From positions 96,001 through 160,000 of the forward strand of contig JAWBYA010000004.1 in NCBI GenBank assembly GCA_038867615.1: 64,000 nucleotides of DNA. The letters are read 5' to 3'. This stretch comes from Sulfolobales archaeon. Its GTDB lineage: Archaea; Thermoproteota; Thermoprotei_A; Sulfolobales; AG1. Each line of letters starts with the position of its first letter. The first letter of the stretch is position 1. The notes beneath the pieces are model-generated. The model saw only the letters and a program-made list of their open reading frames with translations. It was not told the DNA's origin and searched no databases. Shown one piece after another: positions 9,535 through 20,356 of the stretch. The translations under genes were made by a program, and so were the position numbers.

Positions 9535-12459
9535 GTGGGGGATTATGGTTATATGAGTCGGAATCCTCATACAAAGCATAGTGAGGAGAAGGGACTTCTT
9601 AGATATTATAATAAGGAGAAACGGCTTGCTAATAATACCGAGGATCTAGATCCACGTGCCATTGAAACTAATAGAAGATCTGGAGGTGGTAATGAGCAAC
9701 ATAAATACGATAAGCGCGATACAAGAAGGATATCTGGGCTTGATCTATATCTAGTACAGAGAAATTCCGCAAGCGCTGATAAGGTAAGCAACAATGTCCA
9801 CGCAGGCGAAAGTCCTAGTGTTATAACACATTCTAAGGATCATAATATGGCGGGCTTTAAACCCAATAATGTCGAGGATCCTGCAAGGAGCCCTGGTATA
9901 TCAAGCGTTGTTCATGAACCCTCTGATCTCGATCCTAGGTTATTCGAGATCCAGGAGGCTGTAGATCTGGAGGGCTATATAATGGAGGTAACATACGATG
10001 GATCAACATCCAAAGCTGTAATCTATGTCTATGTTGAAGAGGATGGGAAGCTATATAAGGTATATGACAAGACTGGACACAGGCCTTACTTCCTAGTAGA
10101 TCTTGATCCTGAGAAGGCGAGGGAGATAGCTGGGAGGAGTCAGGATGTAGTTGATATATATAGGGTTGAGAAATTCGATCTTCTATCTAATAGGAAAGTA
10201 ATGCTCACAAAAATAGTTGTGAGAGACCCCCTCGTTGTTAGAAGACTCAGAGACAAGTATCCAAAAACCTGGGAGGCAAATATAAAATATCATCATAACT
10301 ACATCTATGACAACCAGCTAACACCAGGGATGAAATATAGAGTGAAGGGCTCTAGATTTGACCCTATAGTAAATATAGATATGGATAGGGTTAGAGAAGA
10401 GATCTCAGAGATCTTTAGCGGCGAACCCGAATACGTGAGAGAGACAGCTATTAAATGGTATCCTATATTCGAGGCGCCGCCGCCGAGGGTTAAGAGGGCC
10501 TCATTAGATATAGAGGTATATACGCCAACAAAGGGCAGGATACCCAAGCCAGAGACTGCGGAATACCCGATAATAAGTGCAGCTATATGTGATAATAGTG
10601 GGAAATGCAAGGTATTGCTCCTTAAGAGAGGAGATGGAGAAGAGCTTAGAGCCCTCAGAGAGATCGAGAAAGAAGGTGTAGAGGTCGGGGTTTTCGGCGA
10701 TGAAAGAAGCCTCGTAGTAGCCCTCTATAGAGAGATAGCGAGATACCCTGTTATAATCACATTCAACGGTGATAACTTCGATCTACCCTACCTCTACACA
10801 AGATCAAGGAAACTGGGTCTCCAAAAGGAAGAGATACCAATAATGATTAGAGAGACCCATGCTACTTTCAAACACGCGCTCCATATAGACCTATATAGGT
10901 TTTTCAAGAACAAGGCTATACAGAACTATGCATTCGAGGGTAAATATAAAGAGCACACACTAGATGCCGTTGCACAGGCTCTTCTAGGGAAGGGGAAGCT
11001 GGCTAACGAGGAGGGTGTAGGCTCTATGAGCATTGACGAGCTGGCTAGGTATAACTTGAGGGATGCGCAGCTAACGATAGAGCTGACGACATATTCGAAA
11101 GAGCTTCTATGGAAGCTCATAACACTTCTCATGAGGATAAGCAAGCTCGGGCTGGAAGACGTTACAAGAACCCAGGTGTCCACATGGATCAAGAATCTCT
11201 TTTACTGGGAGCACAGATCCAAGGGGTATTTGATACCCTCAGAGACAGATCTATCTATCAAGAAATCAAGGAAAGCCACAGAGGCGACTATAAAGGGTAA
11301 GAAATACGCCGGCGCAATAGTGATCGACCCACCGCAAGGGGTATTCTTCGACGTGGTTGTTGCTGACTATGCATCGCTGTATCCTAGTATTATTAAGAGG
11401 TGGAACCTAAGCTACGAGACCGTAGATCCCCCGGAAGATATGTGTAGCAAGCTAGAACCCATAGCTGATGAGAGTGGTAACGAGATACACCAAGTATGCA
11501 TGGACAGAGTTGGGATAACATCTGTTATGATAGGGCTTTTGAGGGACTTCAGGGTCAAGATCTATAAGAGGAAGGCTAAGGATAAATCGGTTCCAGAGGA
11601 GCTGAGAAACTGGTACGATGTTGTCCAGAGGGCTATGAAGGTATATATAAACGCATCCTACGGCGTGTTTGGGCATGAAAAGTTCCCACTCTACGCACTG
11701 CCCGTGGCTGAGAGTGTGACAGCTATTGGTAGGATGATAATAACCAGGAGTCTTAAGAAGGCTGAGGAGCTGGGGTTAATGGTACTCTATGGCGATACTG
11801 ACTCTCTATTCATATGGTCGCCAGATCAGGGGAAGCTCGATAATCTTAGAAGCTGGATCCATGATAACTTCGGGCTAGAGCTAGAGGTTGACAAGAGGTA
11901 TAGGTTTGTAGCATTCTCGCTCAAGAAAAACTACCTAGGGGTTCTCCAAGATGGCTCTGTCGATATAAAGGGGCTTGTTGGTAAGAAGAAACACGTACCG
12001 GAGTTTGTTAAAGAGGCGTTTGCCGAGGCTGTGGGCAGGCTTGGATCTATAGAGACGCCCCAGGATATAATGAGGATATCAAGCTGGCTTAGAGATATAC
12101 TCCAGGATATATATAGAAAGCTGAGGGATAAGGAATATACGTTAGACCAGCTGAGCTTCAAAATGACTCTTGGGAAGCCTTTGGAGTCTTATACCAAGAA
12201 CACACCGCAACATGTAAAAGCAGCCCTAATGCTAGCTAGAGAGGGAGTGAGCATCTCCCAAGGAGATAACATATTGTTTGTCAAGGTTAGGGGTAGGGAG
12301 GGTGTTAAGCCTGTCCAGCTGGCGAAGGTGGGCGAGATAGATCTTGAGAAATATATAGAGAGCCTGAGATCTGCTTTTGAACAGATACTAGCACCTCTGA
12401 GCATAGAGTGGGAAGAGATCTCTGGCCATATGAGACTATCAGACTTTGCACATGCATAA
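9535..12459 (+). CDS. polB1: Family B DNA polymerase PolB1 with a long N-terminal extension
   Basis: Exonuclease motifs LDIEV and FNGDNFDLPYL; polymerase motifs DYASLYPS, KVYINASYGVFG, YGDTDS; crenarchaeal B1-type WEANIKYHHNYIYD. Confidence 0.97.
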   Translation: MGDYGYMSRNPHTKHSEEKGLLRYYNKEKRLANNTEDLDPRAIETNRRSGGGNEQHKYDKRDTRRISGLDLYLVQRNSASADKVSNNVHAGESPSVITHSKDHNMAGFKPNNVEDPARSPGISSVVHEPSDLDPRLFEIQEAVDLEGYIMEVTYDGSTSKAVIYVYVEEDGKLYKVYDKTGHRPYFLVDLDPEKAREIAGRSQDVVDIYRVEKFDLLSNRKVMLTKIVVRDPLVVRRLRDKYPKTWEANIKYHHNYIYDNQLTPGMKYRVKGSRFDPIVNIDMDRVREEISEIFSGEPEYVRETAIKWYPIFEAPPPRVKRASLDIEVYTPTKGRIPKPETAEYPIISAAICDNSGKCKVLLLKRGDGEELRALREIEKEGVEVGVFGDERSLVVALYREIARYPVIITFNGDNFDLPYLYTRSRKLGLQKEEIPIMIRETHATFKHALHIDLYRFFKNKAIQNYAFEGKYKEHTLDAVAQALLGKGKLANEEGVGSMSIDELARYNLRDAQLTIELTTYSKELLWKLITLLMRISKLGLEDVTRTQVSTWIKNLFYWEHRSKGYLIPSETDLSIKKSRKATEATIKGKKYAGAIVIDPPQGVFFDVVVADYASLYPSIIKRWNLSYETVDPPEDMCSKLEPIADESGNEIHQVCMDRVGITSVMIGLLRDFRVKIYKRKAKDKSVPEELRNWYDVVQRAMKVYINASYGVFGHEKFPLYALPVAESVTAIGRMIITRSLKKAEELGLMVLYGDTDSLFIWSPDQGKLDNLRSWIHDNFGLELEVDKRYRFVAFSLKKNYLGVLQDGSVDIKGLVGKKKHVPEFVKEAFAEAVGRLGSIETPQDIMRISSWLRDILQDIYRKLRDKEYTLDQLSFKMTLGKPLESYTKNTPQHVKAALMLAREGVSISQGDNILFVKVRGREGVKPVQLAKVGEIDLEKYIESLRSAFEQILAPLSIEWEEISGHMRLSDFAHA

Positions 12460-12462
12460 ATG

Positions 12463-12513
12463 AATCAGAAACACGAGCCCTCTTCACTCCTCAGGGCTGC
12501 GGCTTCATCATCG
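12463..12513 (-). ncRNA. Box C/D methylation guide sRNA
   Basis: Minus strand: ATGATGA (C) - AGCCGCAGCC - CTGA (D') - GGA - GTGAAGA (C') - GGGCTCGTGTTT - CTGA (D); canonical spacing, ~50 nt. Confidence 0.85.
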
Positions 12514-12626
12514 ATAAAGGATCTGCTAGGAAGCTTATATAATACGGATCCATATATAACGCTCGCCAGCCTCGCATACCGGCTATGCTTTTTCTCCTCC
12601 CAAGATAATCATATCCGGGAATTATC

Positions 12627-13379
12627 ATGTTCAGGATAGCTCACGGCGAGGGTAGCTTTATAAAAAACGTGTTCCAGGCAGCATTAGCACCCCTCGATAC
12701 AGCCCCCCTCTACATTAGATCCGACTTCCTAGAGATCCGTGGTCTCTCGCCAGATAGACTTATAATGAGCATACTCACCATATCGAGCATCATGTTTGAG
12801 GAGTATCAGCTAAGCAGAGAAACATCGCTTCTCGTAGATAAAGAGGAGCTTCTAGCATCGTTTAAGAGGCTCTCGAGGAGGGATAAGGTTGTTCTCAGCT
12901 ATGAGGACGGCTCAAGAGATCTCAAGGTCCTGCTAATAAACACCAAAACAGGGGCTGAGAGAGAGTTTGCCGTCCAGATCAAAGAAGAGAATATAGAGCC
13001 TGTAGGCGATATACAGCTCGATCTAGAGGTGGAGGCCCAGATGAGCGGAGACGTCTTTACAACAATAGTTAAAGACGCGGCAATAGTCGGGGACGAGGTC
13101 GAGTTCAGAGTCTCCGGGGATACTTTGAGGATAGTATCTAGGGGAGAGGATAGAGAGTACCAAACAACATTGGCAAGCGACAAAGGCCTCTTATCACTCT
13201 CATCAAGTCTTGAGAACGTCTCTTCCAAGTATTCCATAGATCTTGTAAAGCAAGTTGCAAAGGCAGTAGACCCGGACTCGGTAGTTATAATCCAGTACGG
13301 ACCCAACAAGCCCCTAAAGCTCAGACTATCGCTAGGAGGGGGTGCGTCGCTCACCTACTGGATAACTCCAAGGGTATAG
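12627..13379 (+). CDS. pcn: PCNA sliding clamp (paralog 2)
   Basis: IRGLSPDRLIM, SKYSIDLV, PLKLRL...LTYWITPR; 250 aa; directly downstream of polB1. Confidence 0.92.
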   Translation: MFRIAHGEGSFIKNVFQAALAPLDTAPLYIRSDFLEIRGLSPDRLIMSILTISSIMFEEYQLSRETSLLVDKEELLASFKRLSRRDKVVLSYEDGSRDLKVLLINTKTGAEREFAVQIKEENIEPVGDIQLDLEVEAQMSGDVFTTIVKDAAIVGDEVEFRVSGDTLRIVSRGEDREYQTTLASDKGLLSLSSSLENVSSKYSIDLVKQVAKAVDPDSVVIIQYGPNKPLKLRLSLGGGASLTYWITPRV

Positions 13380-13380
13380 G

Positions 13381-13429
13381 ACTGTTTCTTTTCAATAAAC
13401 TTTGGGATTTTGTAGCCTTTAGAAACAGT
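13381..13429. repeat. 49-bp mini-element with perfect 9-bp inverted ends
   Basis: ACTGTTTCT...AGAAACAGT; same CTGTTTC terminus as the ~280-bp element family. Confidence 0.45.
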
Positions 13430-13692
13430 AGCGCCCAAGTAAACCCTTAAATGCTTGGGAACCGTGCTCCACCAATGCTCTAGAGAAAGATCGATTGAGC
13501 CTCTTGTTCTGGTTAACATATAACTGTCATAACCCGACGGAAACAGAGACCCACGGTATAGACTACGTAAAGATTCTTAGATATGTTAAAGAACAAAACC
13601 TCTGGGAACGAGTGGTGATATATCATAAAAGGCATAGGATCCTTTTCTGCTATGATATCTTGATACATATTCAGATCTATTGTTAGTGAGAG

Positions 13693-14364
13693 TCAGCATG
13701 ATATCTCCTCGATGATCTCTCCTGTACCGAGAAGAGAGGCTATAGTCTCCCATACGCATCTCTCTGCATCTAGACATGATGATGTCGAGGAGCTGACTAT
13801 GACCAAGGCATCTTCTTTTTCTCCACACAGATCAAGGATCCTAGCTCCAAGCGGTGTCCTACTCATATTTATATCAGGTTTTCCAGCAGTATCGAGTATA
13901 TATACCTCGTTTCCTTTTACCCCTATTATCAGAGCACCAAGACAACCGCTTCTTACGATCATGTCCCTTATATTTAGGATCCCTTTAGCCAAGACCTCGC
14001 TGGATCTTGATTCATGTATACATGATATAGAACTAAGATCCCATGGTGAAGGATCCAGCCTCTCTTTAACACATACAGAGCCAGTTATAATACTCCTCCA
14101 CTTTGCTAGCACCCTATACCCCTTGTCTGTTAGGTATGAACCACCAACAGGGTCGGTTTCAATAAGCCCAGAGGATCTCAGACACCTCACAAGAGACCTA
14201 GAGGAGCCTTCACCTATGCCAAGCTCTCTTGAGATAAGAGCCCGCCCAAGAGGGCCCTTGATGCTCAAAAGATCTAGAAGTTTAACAGCATGGTAAAAGC
14301 TATACCCCCTCCATCTCACCCTCGTTGTAAGAATCCTTGCTCCCTCACCAGTCTCCATATACAC
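13693..14364 (-). CDS. Winged-HTH protein, DUF4443/DUF2111-like
   Basis: GPLGRALISRELGIGEGSSRSLVRCLRSSGLI HTH; IRDMIVRSGCLGALII C-terminal domain. Confidence 0.75.
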   Translation of the reverse strand: MYMETGEGARILTTRVRWRGYSFYHAVKLLDLLSIKGPLGRALISRELGIGEGSSRSLVRCLRSSGLIETDPVGGSYLTDKGYRVLAKWRSIITGSVCVKERLDPSPWDLSSISCIHESRSSEVLAKGILNIRDMIVRSGCLGALIIGVKGNEVYILDTAGKPDINMSRTPLGARILDLCGEKEDALVIVSSSTSSCLDAERCVWETIASLLGTGEIIEEISC

Positions 14365-14558
14365 CCCAACAATACGATCTATTTGATGAAATAAATTTAA
14401 AATTAACCTGTAACCGGGTTTGAGAGACCTTGTACCAAGTTAGTTCTGTCTATATATAGTTAGAAGTAATAGTAATCAGGGCTATCTAAAGTGTTTACAA
14501 GACGCAAGCCAAATAGCACCAAGAGAACCGTGTTATTCTAGTAAAGGCTTAGGTTTAG

Positions 14559-14632
<74 letters not shown>

Positions 14633-14814
14633 TATTTAGATAGATAGCCAGCGGGATTATAATTATTATTTACCCTTATAGTTATATTTTTACCTAGCAA
14701 TTTCGATCGATACGCAGAGGCTGGGTGTTCTTCGCAACTTGCTTTGATTAAATTAAGAAATAAGGTTCATCAATTATAGGTTTCTTCTAATCAATCGTCC
14801 CAAGAGAATCTATA

Positions 14815-14874
14815 AGGAGGAGCCATGTGCAGGAATCACCCTGAGTGTGTGAGGAACTAATGATGGATGCCTGA
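14815..14874 (+). ncRNA. Possible box C/D sRNA
   Basis: AGGAGGA (degenerate C)...CTGA (14841)...GTGAGGA (14849)...CTGA (14871); guides longer than usual. Confidence 0.3.
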
Positions 14875-14993
14875 GATCTATAAAGCTATAAGTGGTTATT
14901 ACTAAACAATGCTAATCTAGCATGAAGCTCGAACATATTCTAAGGCTTGTCGTCCATATTCTCTAGATAAGCTAACTAACTTTTGGTGATATT

Positions 14994-15782
14994 TTGGAGA
15001 GCTATCTATGGAGAGAACTGAGCTGGAGAGAGTTTGAAGAGCTATGCGGTGGTGGAGATTGCTTCGCAGTTATACCCTGCGGATCTATAGAGCAGCACGG
15101 CCATCATCTACCCTTGGGTACAGATCTCCATATAGCAGTCTCTCTAGCTAAGAGGGCAGTCGATGAAGCCTGGAAAGCTGGGTATAAGGTGCTCCTGCTA
15201 GAGCCTATACCAATTGGTGTGTCAGACATGTGGTCTGGTAATCCAGGCACGCTTTGGATCCCATTAGAGGTGTTTATAGCATATGTTAGGGAGTATGTAC
15301 TCTCGGTCTTTAGAAATAATATCAAGAGGGTGGTTGTGATCAACGCACATGGCGGCAACACAGACCCGCTTAAGGTTGCTTTGAAAAGCGCTACCAGCTC
15401 TCTTGATCCCAGCTATAGGGCTTACCTGATAAACTACTGGGAGTTTGTTGGAGATGTTATAGATAGCGTGTTTAGCAACAGATTCTTCCACGCAGACGAG
15501 GCTGAGACCTCGATAGCAAGCTCGCTAGGGCTGGGGGTAAAGATCCCTGGAAAGGAGATCCCTTACGAACATATCAAAAGACCCTATAGTGATACGTGGC
15601 ATAGCCTCTCACTAAGCAAGAGACCAAAGGTCTATTTCTTCTACAGAGAAGGAGCAAGACTTGAAGTAGGGGCGTTCAACGAGCCGGGGAGATACTCTGT
15701 AGAAGGTGGTGAGGCTGTTGTCAGGGCCTTTATAGACCGCTTCCTAACCCTTCTCAGGGATATTAAGGAGAACAGGCTATGA
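14994..15782 (+). CDS. Creatininase family amidohydrolase
   Basis: GSIEQHGHHLPLGTD, INAHGGN, HADEAETS motifs. Confidence 0.92.
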   Translation: MESYLWRELSWREFEELCGGGDCFAVIPCGSIEQHGHHLPLGTDLHIAVSLAKRAVDEAWKAGYKVLLLEPIPIGVSDMWSGNPGTLWIPLEVFIAYVREYVLSVFRNNIKRVVVINAHGGNTDPLKVALKSATSSLDPSYRAYLINYWEFVGDVIDSVFSNRFFHADEAETSIASSLGLGVKIPGKEIPYEHIKRPYSDTWHSLSLSKRPKVYFFYREGARLEVGAFNEPGRYSVEGGEAVVRAFIDRFLTLLRDIKENRL

Positions 15783-15803
15783 TGGTATCTATCTAGGCCT
15801 CCC

Positions 15804-16973
15804 CTAATGCTTAACCAGCTTAGCTATAAAGAACCCTTCAGACTCATGTATATGTGGAAATGTCCTCGAAACCTCCCCTGATATCTCGTAGACCCCATAT
15901 CCGCCTGAGGCATTGATCCTGGGTCTCGCTAATAGGCGACCTGCTGACCTTATGATCTTTAACACCACCTCCTCACCTTCTTCTGGAAGTAAGGAGCATG
16001 TTGAATACACAACCTCGCTGCCAAGATCTATGGCTCTTCTAAGCAGATCCTCCTGGATCCTGGAGTAGTACTCAACCTTCCCCCTCCTGATCAGGTGTAG
16101 CCTCACAGCAGGTTCCTTAGCAATTGCACCTGACGATGAACAAGGAGCATCTAGAAGAACCTTGTCGAAAAGCCGTGGTGAAGAGAAAAACCTAGAGTCC
16201 GTCACAGCTATATCCATACAGCCTGATACTCCTAGCCTTCTCACTAGATTCCGCATGGCCAGAACCCTCCTTTTAGAGAGATCTAGAGCAACGATCCTAG
16301 CCCTCCCCTCTGTTAACATCGCTATCAATGAAGCCTTCATACCCGGGGCTGAAGTCATATCGAGAATCAGATCGCCTGGCTGTGGTTCTAAAGCCTCGAC
16401 AACAAGGCATGAGGCCTTATCCTGAGGAATAGCTATACCCTGTTTAACGGCTTTTAAAAGCCTTACCGGCTTCTTAGTATCTATTATTTTGTATAGATAC
16501 CACAGATCCCTATCCCTCTCAACAACGGCTTCCTCCTCAAGAACCCTGAGGATCTTCTCCTCAGAAGCCTTTATAGTATTTATCCTAAGCCACCTAACCC
16601 TCCTATCGAGAGACTCCATGAGAGCGTCTACCTCACCACCGAGCAGGGATCCTAGCTCTTCGTAGAACCATTTGGGTACTGAGTATCTACACCAGGGATC
16701 CAGGTTTCCCCATACATATTGATCTTTATTCAGCTCCATAGAAACAAAGATCCTTGCCAGCTTTTTTCTCGAGGCTTTGGGATAGAGGCATCTCAACATG
16801 ATATAGCGTGCCACGAACCTCCAAGCAGCATTATATACCCTCTCCCTCTCCTCCAGGCTTTTCGCACATATCCTTCCCCTACATATTTTTTTAAAAGCCA
16901 CATCTACTGAGAGGCTCTTATTCTCAACAAGATATAAAGTTCTTGAGAGTATATCAACTAGATCCAATGGCAA
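15804..16973 (-). CDS. RsmB/NOP2 (Fmu) family RNA m5C methyltransferase
   Basis: QDKAS, DMTSAPGMK, LLDAPCSSSG, VYSTCSL, EGFFIAKL. Confidence 0.94.
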   Translation of the reverse strand: MPLDLVDILSRTLYLVENKSLSVDVAFKKICRGRICAKSLEERERVYNAAWRFVARYIMLRCLYPKASRKKLARIFVSMELNKDQYVWGNLDPWCRYSVPKWFYEELGSLLGGEVDALMESLDRRVRWLRINTIKASEEKILRVLEEEAVVERDRDLWYLYKIIDTKKPVRLLKAVKQGIAIPQDKASCLVVEALEPQPGDLILDMTSAPGMKASLIAMLTEGRARIVALDLSKRRVLAMRNLVRRLGVSGCMDIAVTDSRFFSSPRLFDKVLLDAPCSSSGAIAKEPAVRLHLIRRGKVEYYSRIQEDLLRRAIDLGSEVVYSTCSLLPEEGEEVVLKIIRSAGRLLARPRINASGGYGVYEISGEVSRTFPHIHESEGFFIAKLVKH

Positions 16974-17020
16974 CCATGCCCAGTTAAAAATCTACATCTA
17001 ATTTATAATTGATCGATTAT

Positions 17021-18097
17021 CTATACTATCTTTATAGCCTCACCGCTAGATAGATCTATAACTCCGCCCGCTCTTTCAATAGCCAGGTCGAAGCCTACAG
17101 ATGTTATCACCTTCATATCCATCGAGGTTCTCCTAAGAATCTCTGCCATCTCCCTTATAGCCTGATAGTACGGCTTCCCAATATCCTCCTTCAGTGTCTT
17201 CTCAACGAATCTCGTTACGTGGTTGTAGAACTCCTCGCCAAGGGATAGGGTGGTGAAAGCCTCTATCACATTGCTCTTCTCAATACTCTCTATAGATCTC
17301 TCTAGAGATACTTGGAAGAGGTCTAAGAGCTCCTTAAGCTCGCTTATCCTCTTAGAAGCGCTCTCGAACTCCTCGGGCTTGAGGCTCTTGATATAGAGGG
17401 CTATGTTAGATATAGCATCGCCTATGAGATCCAGAGACCTGGCTATGCTTCTATACCTTGGTAGCATATAGCTCTTCACCTCAAGAAGCCTGCCATAGGA
17501 TCTATCTATCTGTCCGAGGAAAGTTTGTCTCATGGAGAGCATGTAGAACCTCTCAAGCTCTCTCCTAAGCTCTAGGATTTCGTCTACGAAGTGCACCTTT
17601 CTTTCAACAATTAGGTGTCCGAGATACTGGATCATATACTTGATCAGGTTGGTCATCCTCGATATCACGCCTGCTATCGAGTGCTTCGACGGGTCGACAA
17701 AGATCTGTATCACAACCCTTGTTGGAGTATGATCTATAATCTCGGCTCCAATGAGTTCCTTGACAAAAACCCTTAGCGTCTTAAGCTGCTCCTCCTCGAG
17801 ATAGCCATCAACAACCTCTACATTGATCGAATCGTAGCCAAGGCTATAGGCAGCCCCAAGGCATTTCTCTATAAGGGAGCTTTTAGTATACTTAGATATC
17901 CTTAGTGTCATTTTCCTTTCTCTCTCAACTCTTGTAAAAGCAGGGTATATCCTGAGCGACTTATCCTCCTCAATCGTTATCGTTACAGTATCGCCGGGCT
18001 TTAAACCGATATCCCTAACCCACTCTGCTGGGAGTGATACCATAAGTGTAGATCTACCGAATCTCTGAACCCTCCTAGCCTCTATCTCGCTACTCAT
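17021..18097 (-). CDS. phoU: Archaeal PhoU-type regulator with N-terminal AbrB/SpoVT domain
   Basis: RRVQRFGRSTLMVSLPAEWVRDIGLKPGD followed by helical PhoU repeats. Confidence 0.85.
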   Translation of the reverse strand: MSSEIEARRVQRFGRSTLMVSLPAEWVRDIGLKPGDTVTITIEEDKSLRIYPAFTRVERERKMTLRISKYTKSSLIEKCLGAAYSLGYDSINVEVVDGYLEEEQLKTLRVFVKELIGAEIIDHTPTRVVIQIFVDPSKHSIAGVISRMTNLIKYMIQYLGHLIVERKVHFVDEILELRRELERFYMLSMRQTFLGQIDRSYGRLLEVKSYMLPRYRSIARSLDLIGDAISNIALYIKSLKPEEFESASKRISELKELLDLFQVSLERSIESIEKSNVIEAFTTLSLGEEFYNHVTRFVEKTLKEDIGKPYYQAIREMAEILRRTSMDMKVITSVGFDLAIERAGGVIDLSSGEAIKIV

Positions 18098-18820
18098 TAT
18101 ATCCCCAATAATAATTTGTTTTAAGAAGATTTAAATATACACATATTGGGAGATATTATAATACTCATTCCCGATATTTCTAACATAAATTAGATCCTCT
18201 TGTGTTAATACGCAGTATTACAGGAAAGCACCAAAATATGTGGTTAATTAGTATTAGACCTATCAAAATAACTTAAACGAAACCATGTCTTGCATACTAA
18301 CTAAACATAGACACCCACCTATACCATAACATACTACACAGGATAACCCGTCGACAGACCTAAGAATTCACAGTACTATAGAATCCCATAGAATTAAAGC
18401 TTAATTGCTTGGCGCCTCTCACCAGTTAGATTGATATAGAGGTATTAGCCATTTAGAGGACTCTAGGACAAAGAGCCAACGACGCAGGAAACTTATTGAT
18501 AGCCTCCGAAGAGCCGGCTTTTGGTACCTACCACCAAATAATAATGGCATCAGGCATAAAGAGACGTAAGCTCATAGATCTTCATAGCTATTAGGGACAA
18601 TGAAAACGATGAGAACATATCACAAGCTGCTAGAAAATAATATTATTTATCGAGAATGCATTGTTAGCTAATAGCAACTCACTATTCAGAGGTAGAGAAA
18701 TATACATATAGGTGTATAAAACGCTGACTATTACTGCCAAAACGCTTAGAGCGTGTGGAGAGAGACTCTAAAAGGCATTTAAACCTTATATTTAAACAAT
18801 ATTCGGCTGAGGTTCATAAT

Positions 18821-19768
18821 ATGGTGGCTGAACAAATAATTGTGGTTGCGTTAGGAGGCAACGCCATCCTCAGAAAAGGTGATAAGGGTTATCCAGAGGA
18901 AATGTGGAGGAATGTCTATAGGGCCGTAGAGCCCATCGTGGACTTATACCTAGAGGGTTATGGAGTTGTAGTCACACACGGAAACGGCCCACAGGTGGGG
19001 AATATTCTTGAGTGGTTTGAACGTGCTAAAGATGTAATACCACCTCTAACAATGGATATAGCTACTGCGATGAGCCAGGGGTGGATAGGCTATATGCTCC
19101 AGCAAGCTATAGGTAATGCTATGGCTAGGAGAGGTATCAAGAGAAAAGTTATAACGATATTGAACCAAGTGCTAGTAAACCCCCTAGACCCCGCGTTCAA
19201 GGATCCCGAGAAGCCCGTGGGGCCTTGGTATCAATGCGAACACGCGGACAAGCTAGCTAGGGAAAGGGGGTGGATCTTTAAACGCGATCCACGGGGCGGT
19301 TGTAGGAGAGTTGTTCCATCGCCCGAACCTCTCGATAACCTGGAGGCGGAGGCCATAAAGGAGCTTGTCAGCAGGGGTTACGTGGTTATAGCATCAGGAG
19401 GCGGAGGGATCCCTGTATATGACAGCGGTGACACCTGGATCAGGGGTATTGAGGCGGTGGTGGATAAAGATCTAGCATCTTCCCTGCTGGCAATAAAGTT
19501 AGAGGCATCTAGGTTCATAATACTAACTGACGTTGAGTATGTCTATATAGATTACGGCAAGGATACTGCAAAACCTATAAAAAGGATCAAAGCCTATGAG
19601 GTTCTCAAACTCCTCGAAACAGGGACCTTTCCACGCGGCTCCATGGAACCTAAGGTAAGAGCCTCTGCTACATTTACGATAAAAACACATAGACCAAGCA
19701 TTATAGGCAGTCTAGATAAGGCCTCCGAAGTTTTCAAGGAAGAATCAGGCACCATTATAGAGCCGTAG
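18821..19768 (+). CDS. arcC: Carbamate kinase
   Basis: VVALGGNA, THGNGPQVG, SQGWIGY, RRVVPSP, EAVVDKD, GSMEPKV; likely start MVAEQ at 18821. Confidence 0.96.
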   Translation: MVAEQIIVVALGGNAILRKGDKGYPEEMWRNVYRAVEPIVDLYLEGYGVVVTHGNGPQVGNILEWFERAKDVIPPLTMDIATAMSQGWIGYMLQQAIGNAMARRGIKRKVITILNQVLVNPLDPAFKDPEKPVGPWYQCEHADKLARERGWIFKRDPRGGCRRVVPSPEPLDNLEAEAIKELVSRGYVVIASGGGGIPVYDSGDTWIRGIEAVVDKDLASSLLAIKLEASRFIILTDVEYVYIDYGKDTAKPIKRIKAYEVLKLLETGTFPRGSMEPKVRASATFTIKTHRPSIIGSLDKASEVFKEESGTIIEP

Positions 19769-19884
19769 CCATCTATTTCTGGTTTCATGGAGATCATAAG
19801 ATAAGGATACTAAATTCGTGGTTCTTCAGGAACATAATATAGGCCTATAGTGGATCCATGATGGGATCACTGCACAACAACGAA

Positions 19885-20045
19885 ACCGAGACATTCTATG
19901 AAAAGGATCTGCAAGCAGAGGATCACACCTAGCAGGGAGAGACCGATGATAAAGGCTCCGATGAAAGGAGCTCTGAGGCCTATGAAGCCAAGGAAAACCA
20001 GTTGGTATTTTTATATCAATAGCAATTAAGCCCGAACCCCTTAAA
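19885..20045. repeat. Degenerate dispersed repeat copy 2 (homologous to 3770-3930)
   Basis: Minus-strand reading YQLVFLGFIGLRAPFIGAFIIGLSLLGVILCLQILFIECLG vs YQPLFIGFLGLRIAIGGANVAGLYLFWVTLYPQFFFIACL* in copy 1. Confidence 0.6.
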
Positions 20046-20176
20046 AGACCTCTCAGTCTTCCACACAGTTCGGTGGAGATAAATATTGTAATAAACTGCT
20101 TGATATGATCGACATCATTATCATAATATTTAGAGAACAGAAAACATATCGATAAACAAAAGCCAGTCCCGCATAA

Positions 20177-20262
20177 TCGTTTATCTCTGGATGTTTATTC
20201 CAATCACTTTATTTCTATTCATGGCCACATCCAGAGACCTCCACACAGCCTCAAGGATCCTA
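20177..20262 (-). mobile_element. Truncated non-autonomous element, copy C
   Basis: tcgtttatctctggatgtttattccaatcactttatttctattcatggccacatccagagacctccac is close to 41243 onwards. Confidence 0.7.
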
Positions 20263-20356
20263 CGGTCGAGCACAAAAATCATGATACTATTTATGACACA
20301 AGCCCACATGGCTCTATATATATTATACACCTAGCCCGACCAACGATAAGCCATCG

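Noticed and set aside
19945-20000. Hairpin ggctcc-gatgaaa-ggagct as a hammerhead ribozyme
   Set aside because: Lacks the CUGANGA...GAAA core in the correct order; explained by the dispersed repeat
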